Shown here piece after piece: positions 43,801 through 52,643 of a stretch of 64,000 bases of DNA. Below the pieces are notes generated by a model, which did no database searches, was not told where the DNA came from, and worked only from the letters and a program-made list of their open reading frames with translations. The translations under genes were made by a program, and so were the position numbers. Positions within the stretch are counted from its first letter, which is position 1; each line of letters opens with the position of its first letter. The stretch is taken from the sequence record NC_048779.1; one strand, given 5' to 3'.

Positions 43801-44144
43801 GTGGTTGCGGTTAGTGCTGGAATCGAACCTAACGTCTGATAGGTGATCTCTAAGTCCGGTAGGTTGTCTTTAAGTTTACGGATAACCCAACTCACTCGGT
43901 TACCACAGTATTCAGATAACTCGTGATCTATGCTCACGAAATCATAATGTTCACCTAAGTTGAGGGGAACTGTTTGACCGGCGATGTAAACGTGTACTGA
44001 CTCAATGAAAAAAGGTGCGTGTCTAGGGACCACGATCTTAGCACTGCGTTCGTCACTGGCAGGGATCAACTCTCGAGGAACTAAGTTCTCTCTCGCCGAC
44101 CCTCTCACATCAAACCGATATTGTTTAATCTCGGGGAGGTTCAT
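40875..44144 (-). CDS. Large virion structural protein (baseplate/tail-fibre paralog family)
   Basis: 1089 aa; FDVRG..EN, VPRHAPFF, YQTLG, NKP..Y.P..HGH and H...QRDPHG motifs. Confidence 0.75.
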   Translation of the reverse strand: MNLPEIKQYRFDVRGSARENLVPRELIPASDERSAKIVVPRHAPFFIESVHVYIAGQTVPLNLGEHYDFVSIDHELSEYCGNRVSWVIRKLKDNLPDLEITYQTLGSIPALTATTKYWYEAAALDQRPVWFDQLLNKPSHYIPMLHGHDLAQGFFNFSRLIEVYEDRYETLFGQDALVPYRDWFIAQLNNLKSYVQPYRTLLERYTDNHIDHQRDPHGTRSRAIPGLDKIDEVKTASHLDIEAGNNDRLRVVAAQAHDLINKVGPNPKDHVPPTTVGIYGQHLLPLDGSPSPIPKTTLTVGVKDLMVNAYVDRMGVGRGQQLFTGKDKDVVNNIFNPNPISDDRNPNDNVWINEHTDAGYDLFVAGGNREARLMYKTSGNYWDLIVDPVSPTDYKAQPNTKIRVTGDMSDVKRYIREWRLIHTEGAVHLIRTVDHETRPTVHWKTITYRSEHGNVGAVRSYTFKYKTINDGTNYNEQGRVILFPRGFSSGRYANGDLVFSDPVELVREDNQILILPAVVEDTLYMEFLLPETFRHKGELRRYVHSHMAEVNLDHSKAEMSLTWTDTRPRPYIVTDSLFSKEPDANNYFEQVAVPFPSELTSRRATLVQMSQEGFFGFGYKENSLGEMFAVRITPGEYSIDHTGRKWHLADTGEWAVNRVGGASPINHDHIDVGHLPPMNPYMGVWAESNVRNRYGIVKGTHPEHGMGFFYKNLYGGVNLQTIAGSEVRTSLPLDNIEYVQGLHPSRWIGTVLDESERESEFCWQVASSDGVDRCVPYQVGFSGSQFTVIHYVKVSDEWLTGLGVTENDHWTLLLGRPHDLPDLLFITQVQAGLIKTTVKVLRVADSVLSRVDGIHDQATMTTLGTDDVPTVIDERTTSHPSPAYVVKEKVKNPKPSMHTNVINVLIGVGGRTTFNLHPNNRFGNESHQLTYPYSLVLNQSNDTIAFFEDEVKDGCVGLSPDLGWVRTSNKAQRMCGGMVNAGQQLGTGYQVNPSYIPVYPGLVGMFNIVPENRHKVYLPLPMDVQVENHLFRVRGLVYDTKQLIVPGTTQRHHLGVVNDPLGPYLEVDSYTAVDDGWLIDVTEQGVTII

Positions 44145-44216
44145 ATTCCGTCCTTTAATAAGTTCCGGGTTATTACCCTAGAAGTTAATGAATCATAAAA
44201 TTCGTTTCACTGTAAT

Positions 44217-44250
44217 ATAATCCAGAGGTCCCTACGGACCTCTGGATTAT
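44217..44250. terminator. 15-bp perfect inverted repeat terminator
   Basis: ataatccagaggtcc-ctac-ggacctctggattat. Confidence 0.75.
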
Positions 44251-44264
44251 TAACTAAGGAAGTA

Positions 44265-46406
44265 TTATTTCCATTCGTACAGTTCGTAACCAGTGATTTT
44301 ACCGGTCGAGATATACGCACCTGAACCGTAAAACTTGACCCAGATTTGATGTCCTTTGTTCCAGTATTGTTTCAGAACTATTTCGTAGTCAACACCCCAC
44401 CAACAAGAGTTAGGGTTGCTCGACTCGATATAACCTATCGTTTCTGGGATAACACGGAAACGATCTTTGTCGAAACGACGTCCATCTTGATAAGGAAGAC
44501 GTAGACCGGTATCGACCTCACCAGTGTAAACGCGGTAACCATTACGAAGGTTGAAACTCACCGACGCGTCTTTTACCTTCACCCAGCTTTTGTTTTCAAC
44601 AGAACCTAAACCGATATCGGCTTTGCTCAAACTAATGTTGCCTGTTAATGCCTTACCATTGACAGTACGTGACGTTGGAACTTTACTATTCAGTCCGTCG
44701 GTTACTGCTTTCTGGGACATCACATAAGCCGCATTATTACCTTGACCTTGCGAGATCTTGTTTTTCTCTAGACGAAGGTTGAGACGGTAATCGGTCTCTG
44801 CTTTAGTATAAGCGCCAACGTTAGCTGCGCTTAAAGAGATATTACCCGTTAATGCCTTACCGTTGATCGTACGAGAAGTCGGGACCTTGGTGTTGAGTTG
44901 ATCGGTCACACCTTTTTGAGTCATCGCGTAAGACGTACTACCACCAGTGCTGCTGGTCAAACGAGATTTGTCAAACTTGGCATCTAGACGAGTGTTGACT
45001 TCAGATTTGGTGTAGGCACCGACATCCGCCGCACTCAAAGAGATGTTCGAGCTTAGGGGTTTACCATTGACGGTACGACCATTGGGTACACGACCATTAA
45101 CTAAGTCATTAACTTGGGTCTTAGTATACGCCCCAACATCACCCGGAGATAAAGAGACATCCGATGATAATGGTTTGCCGTTAACTTTACGAGTGTTTGG
45201 CACACGCTTGTTTAATTCATCGGTCGTCGCTTTTTGTGACATTACCGCAGCCGAACTCGTGCCCGTACTCTGACTCACCGAAGTCTTATCAAACTTTTTG
45301 CTTAGTAAGTTGTCGGTTTCGGTTCTAGAGTAAGAATCGTTATCGTTGACATCAATGGTGATGTCTTTAGTTAACGGCATTCCGTTGATTTTTCGGGTTT
45401 GAGGGACCAGCTTGGCTAAAGCATCAGAAATCGCTTTTTGCGACATCAATGCCTTAAGACCATCACCGATTGCTTGCTCTATGGTTGCGGTTGCTGCGTC
45501 ACCTAAACCAAGGTTATTACGAGCATTACGACGAGCGGCCTTCCCACGACTAGCAATCTCAGCGAGATCATCATTCTTCCCTACGAACAACTCCAACGCT
45601 TTAGCTAAGGTTAAAGGCTGGTGTAGTGGGTCATCACTACCCGGTTCTGTAGGTGTTTGATCTGGGTAGATGTTCAGATCTTTCAGGATGTTTTCCGTCA
45701 GTAGTCGACCTTTGGCTAAAGTCAAATACAGTTGATCGGAATTCCCTTGTAGATCAGACTCAGTGGCAACACCAAAGTCTTCCACGTTACCTAGATTGAA
45801 ATCTTCTGCGGTTGCGTTAGGGTGAGCTAACTTGAAAGCTTGGGAAACGTGTTCAGCCAGCTGAGAAGCAACCGTAGGGTTATTGAACTCATTACGCTGT
45901 GCTGTATCTATCTCTTTCATCACTTCGATGAATTTGTGATAGTTGTAGGTTAAGTCCGGTTCGTGTTGGTGTGGGTCAGAAGGGAAGCCTTCCATAGGTA
46001 AGTTTACTACCTGACTCCAGTCCGCAATACGTTCCGAATGAATAATCGTTGACGTCAGACGAATGAACTCTTGGTCATTCTGTGTGAACGGTTCGCCAAC
46101 GGTTTTGTATTTCTCAAGAACGAGCTGTCGGTTACGACCACTATCTAATAGTGTAATGCCACCGAAAACAGTTCGATTGTAATATTTAATGAATTCGTCG
46201 AATGGGTAACTGAAAACGAAGTCTCGACCCGGCTTTAGTTCGACACCCGTTTGCGCATCTTTAAGAACTAGATCTTTCTCAAAGAACGGGCCGTAACGAG
46301 GAACTAATAAACTACGTTCCTCACCTAACGCACTGATCGTTTCGTTGTACACCACACTCTGTTCATTGTCCCCAAAAGGGTTCCAAGGGTGGATGATGTA
46401 ACTCAT
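44265..46406 (-). CDS. Tail fibre protein with tandem repeats
   Basis: Start moved to MSYIIHPW (ATG 46406), which removes the head-to-head overlap with 46485; N-terminus paralogous to 38626-44144 genes; five VP..R..NG..L...I.L repeats. Confidence 0.8.
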   Translation of the reverse strand: MSYIIHPWNPFGDNEQSVVYNETISALGEERSLLVPRYGPFFEKDLVLKDAQTGVELKPGRDFVFSYPFDEFIKYYNRTVFGGITLLDSGRNRQLVLEKYKTVGEPFTQNDQEFIRLTSTIIHSERIADWSQVVNLPMEGFPSDPHQHEPDLTYNYHKFIEVMKEIDTAQRNEFNNPTVASQLAEHVSQAFKLAHPNATAEDFNLGNVEDFGVATESDLQGNSDQLYLTLAKGRLLTENILKDLNIYPDQTPTEPGSDDPLHQPLTLAKALELFVGKNDDLAEIASRGKAARRNARNNLGLGDAATATIEQAIGDGLKALMSQKAISDALAKLVPQTRKINGMPLTKDITIDVNDNDSYSRTETDNLLSKKFDKTSVSQSTGTSSAAVMSQKATTDELNKRVPNTRKVNGKPLSSDVSLSPGDVGAYTKTQVNDLVNGRVPNGRTVNGKPLSSNISLSAADVGAYTKSEVNTRLDAKFDKSRLTSSTGGSTSYAMTQKGVTDQLNTKVPTSRTINGKALTGNISLSAANVGAYTKAETDYRLNLRLEKNKISQGQGNNAAYVMSQKAVTDGLNSKVPTSRTVNGKALTGNISLSKADIGLGSVENKSWVKVKDASVSFNLRNGYRVYTGEVDTGLRLPYQDGRRFDKDRFRVIPETIGYIESSNPNSCWWGVDYEIVLKQYWNKGHQIWVKFYGSGAYISTGKITGYELYEWK
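44605..45495 (-). repeat. Five tandem tail-fibre repeats
   Basis: Units MSQKA.TD.LN.KVP.SRTVNGK.L..NISLS..DVGAY.K.E; also visible at DNA level (e.g. aatgccttacc.ttga near 44647 and 44851). Confidence 0.8.
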
Positions 46407-46484
46407 AACAAAAGGCCTTATGTTAGTGTCAAATCGCACAAGTAACGTAACGATTCTATAGAATTCACCAAGGAGATTTGTATA

Positions 46485-47720
46485 ATGTATCTGTACCGAC
46501 GCTGTATTGGTGCCTACCAAGGGGACTTGGCGGGTCTACAGCCACTTAAAATCGAAAACGCTAAGTTAAGCTCGGTAATGGAAAAAACTCGTGCTTTGTT
46601 TATCACAGTTTACGACGCATTGTTACTGAAAGAAATCACCGTAGACATGGGGGAATATCGAAGTGAAGCTTTATACTTCCACGGAAGTATCCAAGACTGG
46701 CTAGATACAAAAGAACGCATCCCATTAAAAGTTTACTTAGGTAAGATCGGGGAAACCTATAACTACGTCCGCATGGAAGACATGCAACAAGCCGGTTACG
46801 TGGCCTTACCGGGGCGGTTAGATTTCGCCGCAGGTCGTCAACCCCAAGTGACGAACGCCGGCGCTATCGACCTTAAACTGAAACACATTGTTTCAGCGAA
46901 TCCTAAGTACCAAGAATTTGTTAAAACTACGTTGTTTACATACAACGGTTACTTTATTCGTGGTGTAGGGAGACCAGACGGTATTTACTTAGTCGGTGGT
47001 GGTCGTAACTTCCGTATCGATGACAAAGGACATGTGGGTGCTTTGGACTTTAAGGGTATCAGTTCCGTCGAAACGGTTCCATTTGAAAAAGAACAACTTG
47101 ACATTGATGGTAAAAGTCATTCCGTACTCATTACTGTTGATCGTCCTATTTTAGAAGAAACAGTCTGGTTGGTCATTGGCGGGAAATTGATCTGCGGTGA
47201 CCCAGCTGTAACTAAAGTCGGGAAACACAGCTTCCGACTGGATTTACGTGCTTTAGACTTAGGTCGCTTGTTAGTCAAGGGGGCTAAGCATATCGACTTG
47301 GATAACGTCGCAAATTGCCGTAGCGGTGTTGTCGAAGCGGAGCTCTTAGAGCGATCCGATGTGATAGAAGAACTGTTGCTTAACTTCAACAGCTTCATTA
47401 TCTATATGTCCAACCCTTATATGGGTGTGGATGTTGAACCTCTAGAAACGTATACCTTCCCCACCACATTTGCGACTGAAGATCAGTTTCACCACCCGGT
47501 GATGTTGTCTGACGGACGGTTCCCTACTTACCGTCATCGCTTAGGCGCAGGCAGAAGGTTACTAGACTTCGACGTCCGATATATCGATATCTCAACGGAT
47601 TACTCCACAGGCTCTGAGAACGGTGGGGGGTTGTTCCATGACAAAGTCAACTGGTACGAACCACACCATAGTGTTGAAGCTTATCACTTCAAAATTTACT
47701 CGATATTTAAGGACATGTAA
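46485..47720 (+). CDS. Hypothetical protein, probable virion structural protein
   Basis: 411 aa beta-rich ORF with AAGGAG RBS in a plus-strand island divergent from the tail fibre gene; function inferred from context only. Confidence 0.6.
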   Translation: MYLYRRCIGAYQGDLAGLQPLKIENAKLSSVMEKTRALFITVYDALLLKEITVDMGEYRSEALYFHGSIQDWLDTKERIPLKVYLGKIGETYNYVRMEDMQQAGYVALPGRLDFAAGRQPQVTNAGAIDLKLKHIVSANPKYQEFVKTTLFTYNGYFIRGVGRPDGIYLVGGGRNFRIDDKGHVGALDFKGISSVETVPFEKEQLDIDGKSHSVLITVDRPILEETVWLVIGGKLICGDPAVTKVGKHSFRLDLRALDLGRLLVKGAKHIDLDNVANCRSGVVEAELLERSDVIEELLLNFNSFIIYMSNPYMGVDVEPLETYTFPTTFATEDQFHHPVMLSDGRFPTYRHRLGAGRRLLDFDVRYIDISTDYSTGSENGGGLFHDKVNWYEPHHSVEAYHFKIYSIFKDM

Positions 47721-47723
47721 ATT

Positions 47724-48113
47724 ATGCCCGATCAAGATAAACGTATGACTTGGACAACGGTGCAGTTCGGTACAATCGTTGGGTTGTTATTACTGACCTT
47801 GCTCTCAAACTTAGGTGGGATGTTCTTCGACAAAGACGAAGGTATGTCGAAAGAAACCATTGCACAACTAGAAGATATCATGAAGACCTTTGAGCAAATT
47901 AACAAAGAGTCTCGAGTGATATTGGAAGAGAATAAAAGGAGTAATCTCGAGTTAGAACGATTTCTCGAAGAGAAAAAAGGTGTTCGTCGTGAAAGTTACC
48001 AGTCCATGATGGATGAGTATCAATTAGAAATGAAAGGAGTAATACCTAGTGGGTCCACTAATAAAAATGTGGAGCACGATCCGGTTACTGAAGTCCCTCG
48101 GCCTGAAGGTTAA
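47724..48113 (+). CDS. N-terminally anchored membrane protein with coiled coil (i-spanin-like)
   Basis: Single TM VQFGTIVGLLLLTLLSNLGGMFF, then a charged heptad region. Confidence 0.6.
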   Translation: MPDQDKRMTWTTVQFGTIVGLLLLTLLSNLGGMFFDKDEGMSKETIAQLEDIMKTFEQINKESRVILEENKRSNLELERFLEEKKGVRRESYQSMMDEYQLEMKGVIPSGSTNKNVEHDPVTEVPRPEG

Positions 48114-48114
48114 C

Positions 48115-48555
48115 ATGGGATTATTGGTCGTTGTTGTGATGGCGATCATGTTATTAACTGGCTGCTCCACCAAGCCTTCTTTTCAGGAAGGTAGCGCACA
48201 ACTAAAAGTCAACGCCGAAGTTGCTAAGATGGATATCGTGCGAGCCAACGTCGGTGCATTAAGGAGTAGCGTCTTAGACATTCCTCCCTATTTAAAGGAG
48301 AACCCTCCAAAGTTAAGTCCGAGTGAACTACTAGCACTCCAGACTTTCTTGAGTTCTAATAAATGCGAAGGCGATTTAGTTCCGAGGGAGTGTCACTATG
48401 CAAGTATAGTGTACACGATTGAACTTGCCAATCGTTCAGACCAAAGATCTGAAGAACTCTATGGGGCTAAGGTCACTATCCAGTCATTGTTGAAGACATT
48501 GAATCGTATTTATGCGATACTGGATTCTAAGCCCCCAGACAGTGAAGAAGAATAA
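48115..48555 (+). CDS. Lipoprotein (o-spanin-like)
   Basis: Start moved to ATG 48115, 1 nt after the upstream TAA; signal MGLLVVVVMAIMLLTG-C with lipobox LTGC. Confidence 0.65.
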   Translation: MGLLVVVVMAIMLLTGCSTKPSFQEGSAQLKVNAEVAKMDIVRANVGALRSSVLDIPPYLKENPPKLSPSELLALQTFLSSNKCEGDLVPRECHYASIVYTIELANRSDQRSEELYGAKVTIQSLLKTLNRIYAILDSKPPDSEEE

Positions 48556-48563
48556 AAGCAATA

Positions 48564-48596
48564 ATAACTCCCTACCCTCAGTGGGTAGGGAGTTAT
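48564..48596. terminator. Bidirectional terminator, 14-bp perfect stem
   Basis: ataactccctaccc-tcagt-gggtagggagttat between convergent stops. Confidence 0.8.
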
Positions 48597-48602
48597 GTTC
48601 GG

Positions 48603-48956
48603 TTATGGTTTATTAGGAGGGTTAGGATCAATAAACCCCCGTAAACGATCTTTGATCTTTACAGCGTTCTGGGCATCGGATGAAAAGAGTAGGGATAACA
48701 GTTTGTTTACGCTCATGTATTGCCAAGCAATAGCCACAGGACCGAAGACGAACAAAAAGATCGTCATGTCACTAGGCCAACCTTTACCAGCTTTCACTGA
48801 CTCGACAATAGAAGCCATACCAGAATACGAAACCCAACACGTTGTAAGCACCGCAATGATACCACAAAATGTTCGAATACGTGTTCCCCACTTTCCTAGC
48901 ACCACACCTTCTGCCGTATCTAAATGATCATTACGTTCAGGTATTTTTTGTGTCAT
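48603..48956 (-). CDS. Two-TM small membrane protein (holin-like)
   Basis: Start probably MTQKIP (AGG upstream); TM1 FCGIIAVLTTCWVSYSGM, TM2 IFLFVFGPVAIAWQYM, charged C-terminal tail. Confidence 0.55.
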   Translation of the reverse strand: MTQKIPERNDHLDTAEGVVLGKWGTRIRTFCGIIAVLTTCWVSYSGMASIVESVKAGKGWPSDMTIFLFVFGPVAIAWQYMSVNKLLSLLFSSDAQNAVKIKDRLRGFIDPNPPNKP

Positions 48957-49539
48957 GGAATTTACCTCGATCTTTAGCGATACGCTCACACAAATTTAAG
49001 TTTATCGCTATAGCATCGATCGAGTGTTCATCCAACAAATCTAAGTCGTGTCCGTTAAGGTCAATATTTTCGTATTTCTTAATACCTTTGGTCACGTCTT
49101 CTTTTTGAGTGCCCTTAAAGTTAGCCCCAACGGTTTCTTTAGCCGCTCGTGGTGGAACGTTAACCATGTAAAGACCATTCCCGTAACTTTCTGTTTCTAC
49201 GCGCAACAATGAGACCGCTTCGATAAGTCGCTTAAAGGTGTCTGGAGACGCCCCTAAGAAGTTATCTTCACATGCTGCTACTGTAGGATTAAAAAAGTCT
49301 AATAACTTACGGTACGCTTTAGACAAACCCAGTATACGGGATTGTACTGCACCGTCATCGTCATAGTTCGTTGAACCAAAGTGTTCCATTTTATCACCAT
49401 GGATGGTTTCCACCCATTGTAATTTAAAACGCTCTGGTTGTTCGAGGTTGACGTCGATAATGGACATCCCCATCCGGGACGTGGATGGGTCTATCGCTAT
49501 AGAACGTATCCACCCTTCTGGGAGTGGAAGTGTTTCCAT
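48937..49539 (-). CDS. ruvC: RuvC-like Holliday junction resolvase
   Basis: IAIDPS...G, ACED.F, V.P...K..V, DEHSIDAIAI: RuvC acidic tetrad pattern. Confidence 0.8.
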   Translation of the reverse strand: METLPLPEGWIRSIAIDPSTSRMGMSIIDVNLEQPERFKLQWVETIHGDKMEHFGSTNYDDDGAVQSRILGLSKAYRKLLDFFNPTVAACEDNFLGASPDTFKRLIEAVSLLRVETESYGNGLYMVNVPPRAAKETVGANFKGTQKEDVTKGIKKYENIDLNGHDLDLLDEHSIDAIAINLNLCERIAKDRGKFHDTKNT

Positions 49540-50453
49540 TATTCTTCCAGTAACATTGGGTAAGCGGCACCCAAGTCATATTTAAGGACGATGTCACCGT
49601 TAGAGTTAGCGTCACGAGCATGACGTTCAGAAATAACGTATTGGGTTACCGCTGAGATCAGTTCTTTGTGACGGAACGTTGTGCCACCCGGACCTTGTCC
49701 TTCGGTTGTGGATTCAATACCCCACACGATTTGGTATTCTGATACTGCTGCTAGTGAAGGATCACCAAACATCAAGCGACACACGTTACGGAGTTCTTCT
49801 AATGCCGTGCCATTGAGTGATAAGTCCATCAAACCAGAAGACGTCAAGTAAGTGTTTGACAATGGAACCGTACCGTTCGATGACAATGTAATCGGTTCAG
49901 GGTTGAGAGACTCTGGTCGGTACACGTAATCTTCCGGAACTTCGTTACCGGTGTCTGGCTTACGGTAAGCACGCTTAGTCTTAGGATTGAATTCACTCAT
50001 TCCGGTTTTCATCAACCAGTAGAGTGCAGTCGGGACACCATCTAAGATTTTAATCGTACGGATGCGGTATTTTTCACGTTCTTGTTCAGTGAGGTCGTCG
50101 TCTAGAGGACGAGCGCACAAAGGGATAGAGTAGAACAAGTTTTGATCGAATGGCTGATGCTGGTTGGTGTAGTTCACTGGAACTTGGGTTATCGGATGAT
50201 TACCCACCACTTGATAACCTTTGATACCTACACCAAAGTAACCTAATACAAAGTCTTGACCGTTCTTAACACCTAGTGAGTTGTTCACTTCAATTTCATG
50301 GTGTTCGTTTAATGTGGTGTTAGGTGGAATGTTCAATTGTTTGTTGGTCGCCTTAGCGATCATGATGTTGGTACCCATCGGTTGAGTAGATACCATTTGC
50401 GCCGGAACACGAGAGTTATCTGATTCTCGGATCAGGTCGTTTTGGTTAGCCAT
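49539..50453 (-). CDS. Probable virion structural (baseplate) protein
   Basis: 304 aa; NTTLNE, Y.G.G..G, P...RPLDDDL...ER.KYR.R and SE..IV.G motifs typical of phiKZ-like structural genes as I recall them. Confidence 0.6.
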   Translation of the reverse strand: MANQNDLIRESDNSRVPAQMVSTQPMGTNIMIAKATNKQLNIPPNTTLNEHHEIEVNNSLGVKNGQDFVLGYFGVGIKGYQVVGNHPITQVPVNYTNQHQPFDQNLFYSIPLCARPLDDDLTEQEREKYRIRTIKILDGVPTALYWLMKTGMSEFNPKTKRAYRKPDTGNEVPEDYVYRPESLNPEPITLSSNGTVPLSNTYLTSSGLMDLSLNGTALEELRNVCRLMFGDPSLAAVSEYQIVWGIESTTEGQGPGGTTFRHKELISAVTQYVISERHARDANSNGDIVLKYDLGAAYPMLLEE

Positions 50454-50511
50454 GTGTAAAGATCCTTTTGATCAAATTATAATAGTTTGTATACCATTAT
50501 AAGGTTAGTAA

Positions 50512-52623
50512 TTAGTAAGCCCAAGTAGCTTCTCTCACACCCACTGAAACAGGGACACGTAGATTAGCGACTTGATCACGTGGAATTTCTGTTACTCCAA
50601 CACCAACGTTAAGTTCCCCATTATGAAGAGTGGAAGCTGAAAGTTTAACGTCATGGTTACGGTCGTCGATTGTAATCAGGTATTCGTTCATCGCTGCTAG
50701 AGGTACAGCGTGAATGTCTACCGGTACTAGAGGATTAGCAAGGTAATCACCTACGTTACTCATTTGGTTATCCCCAGTGAGTCCTAGGTGAACGTTATCC
50801 GTGTTTTCCGCCGTGGTATTACCGTCATCAATATCCTTTAGGATTTGAATGGTGTAAGAACTCAGGTCAGTCATCAAAGAGACTAAGTTAGACTGAATCT
50901 GTCGCAAAGAAACCACACCCTTAACATCCCAACCAGTGGCCTTAGTGAAGATCTCCCAACATAGTTCGATCAACTCGGATTTACTGTAATCCCCTAAGTG
51001 GAGTTCTTTGTCATCTAACCAAGACTGCGTACTAGGGTGAACGGCTGGGTCATGCAGGTAATAGACACCATGGTCATACAAACGACGAACACATTCTTTG
51101 GTGTAAGCATGTTGATATAGTTCATCATGCTGTGAATAGATTTTCTTAGCTTTCCATTTTGCTTGATGAATGGCAAAGCACTGATCAAAGAATGCATCTG
51201 GGGAAATTACTTTGAGCTTAGGCACCCATTGTTTACGGATATCAATCACTACCGAATCATGAAGTGCAGGTGATGGACCAGCGGCTCGGAAGGTATCAAA
51301 GTCACGTAAGTCCTTAGTCATCACCCATTGGAACCAGAATGGTTCAATGACTTCAACTGGTGTACCTAGGTAGGAACGCAATAGCAACTGCCAGTAGATC
51401 AGAGCGTCATGAGTGTTGAGACGCACATGGTTACCGTTGAGTGGGTCTATGAAGTCCACGATCGATTCATACAGTTTGTGTTTACTGGTATAAATCCATT
51501 CATGGAATAACGTCTTCATTAATGTATCGTCGTGACGGTTAGTGTAGTCCTCCATAGTGGAATCCAACACTTTAGTACTTAGATCATTAAAAGTCGTTTC
51601 TTTGGACTCAGGTTCAACAAGCACTTCATGGTAAGCTTTAAGTAAAGCATTATCCCTTGCCATTGGTTCCTCAAATGACAACAACTGAGAGTTAGTAAAG
51701 CGTTCTCCAGTGTCGTATTCAAGTTCTTTGAAGTTAAGTCGTTCTTTAACGAACAACCCTTCTGGTTGACCTTGGTCAGTCTCCATCTGTTCAGTGTTGA
51801 TGATAGAACGGTAATGGAAGATTGGGATAGACTCTGGAGTCAATAAGTTTGAGATGAGTTGCTCTAACGTAAAGTTCTTACCGAGGTTATTTCTCAAGTA
51901 CTCGATGTTACGGTATAACCACATTTTTTGGGTTTGACCTAAACCAGTACGATAAGTCCGGAAGTCCCCATAAGAATTAAGGCGGTTCCAAACATGGTAA
52001 TCAGAAACATTGCGTGTTCCAAATGCTTCTAATCTTAATATTAACACCAGTGGGATCATTAAACCGTACATCGTCGCCAAGTCTATAGGTAACTGTAGGT
52101 TTTCCGTGTACATATAGTCCGTCTTAAAATGACGTTGTGTATACGCATTGATCCATTGTTGTAAACCGGGGATCAACTGATCTTCATTGGCTTCGATTAA
52201 ATCTTTATTGTAGCGTAAGATCTTATAGTCTTCAGCAGCGATCGCGTCCTCCATATTTATGGGGTCTATGATCCCGTTGATTAAATCGATTTGACCCGGG
52301 TGTTCTTCGGTCAATCGTTTATACCAGTAAGAACCCGGTTGATACGCTCGGCGAGTTGCCAAGTGAATATCAAGGTTAACTTTACTGAACAAAATCTGGT
52401 CTCCATTATCAATGGAGGCTACGTACATGGGTTCATCAGTCTCGTGGTATTCCCCGGTCATATTGAGATAATAACGCCACTTGCGTTTATCTTGAGACAC
52501 TGGGTACCCCGCTTCTGCGAGGAGACGGTTATCGGTGACGCCGATGGCTTCACACTTTATAACCAACGTACGCATCAAACTGAGTACGCTCTCCACGTGG
52601 GCGTTAAATTCAATATTTTCCAT
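50512..52623 (-). CDS. Probable virion structural (baseplate wedge-like) protein
   Basis: 703 aa; WRYYLN.TGEYH.TD.PM...S.D, LYRNI.YL..N.GK motifs; head-to-head with the portal gene. Confidence 0.6.
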   Translation of the reverse strand: MENIEFNAHVESVLSLMRTLVIKCEAIGVTDNRLLAEAGYPVSQDKRKWRYYLNMTGEYHETDEPMYVASIDNGDQILFSKVNLDIHLATRRAYQPGSYWYKRLTEEHPGQIDLINGIIDPINMEDAIAAEDYKILRYNKDLIEANEDQLIPGLQQWINAYTQRHFKTDYMYTENLQLPIDLATMYGLMIPLVLILRLEAFGTRNVSDYHVWNRLNSYGDFRTYRTGLGQTQKMWLYRNIEYLRNNLGKNFTLEQLISNLLTPESIPIFHYRSIINTEQMETDQGQPEGLFVKERLNFKELEYDTGERFTNSQLLSFEEPMARDNALLKAYHEVLVEPESKETTFNDLSTKVLDSTMEDYTNRHDDTLMKTLFHEWIYTSKHKLYESIVDFIDPLNGNHVRLNTHDALIYWQLLLRSYLGTPVEVIEPFWFQWVMTKDLRDFDTFRAAGPSPALHDSVVIDIRKQWVPKLKVISPDAFFDQCFAIHQAKWKAKKIYSQHDELYQHAYTKECVRRLYDHGVYYLHDPAVHPSTQSWLDDKELHLGDYSKSELIELCWEIFTKATGWDVKGVVSLRQIQSNLVSLMTDLSSYTIQILKDIDDGNTTAENTDNVHLGLTGDNQMSNVGDYLANPLVPVDIHAVPLAAMNEYLITIDDRNHDVKLSASTLHNGELNVGVGVTEIPRDQVANLRVPVSVGVREATWAY

Positions 52624-52643
52624 AGTTTATCCAAGAGGGTGTT

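Noticed and set aside
44212-44219. Exact TATATTAC (phiKZ early core) on the minus strand
   Set aside because: It lacks the TC prefix and the RGTGT element, overlaps a terminator arm and precedes a virion gene; probably chance.
46407-46520. Apparent head-to-head overlap of the tail fibre ORF with the 46485 gene
   Set aside because: It disappears if the fibre starts at ATG 46406, which matches the N-termini of its paralogs.
48595-48927. 110-aa plus-strand ORF antisense to the holin-like gene, preceded by GGGAG
   Set aside because: The GGGAG is the terminator arm, only 2 nt from the ATG and sequestered in the stem; transcription should stop there.
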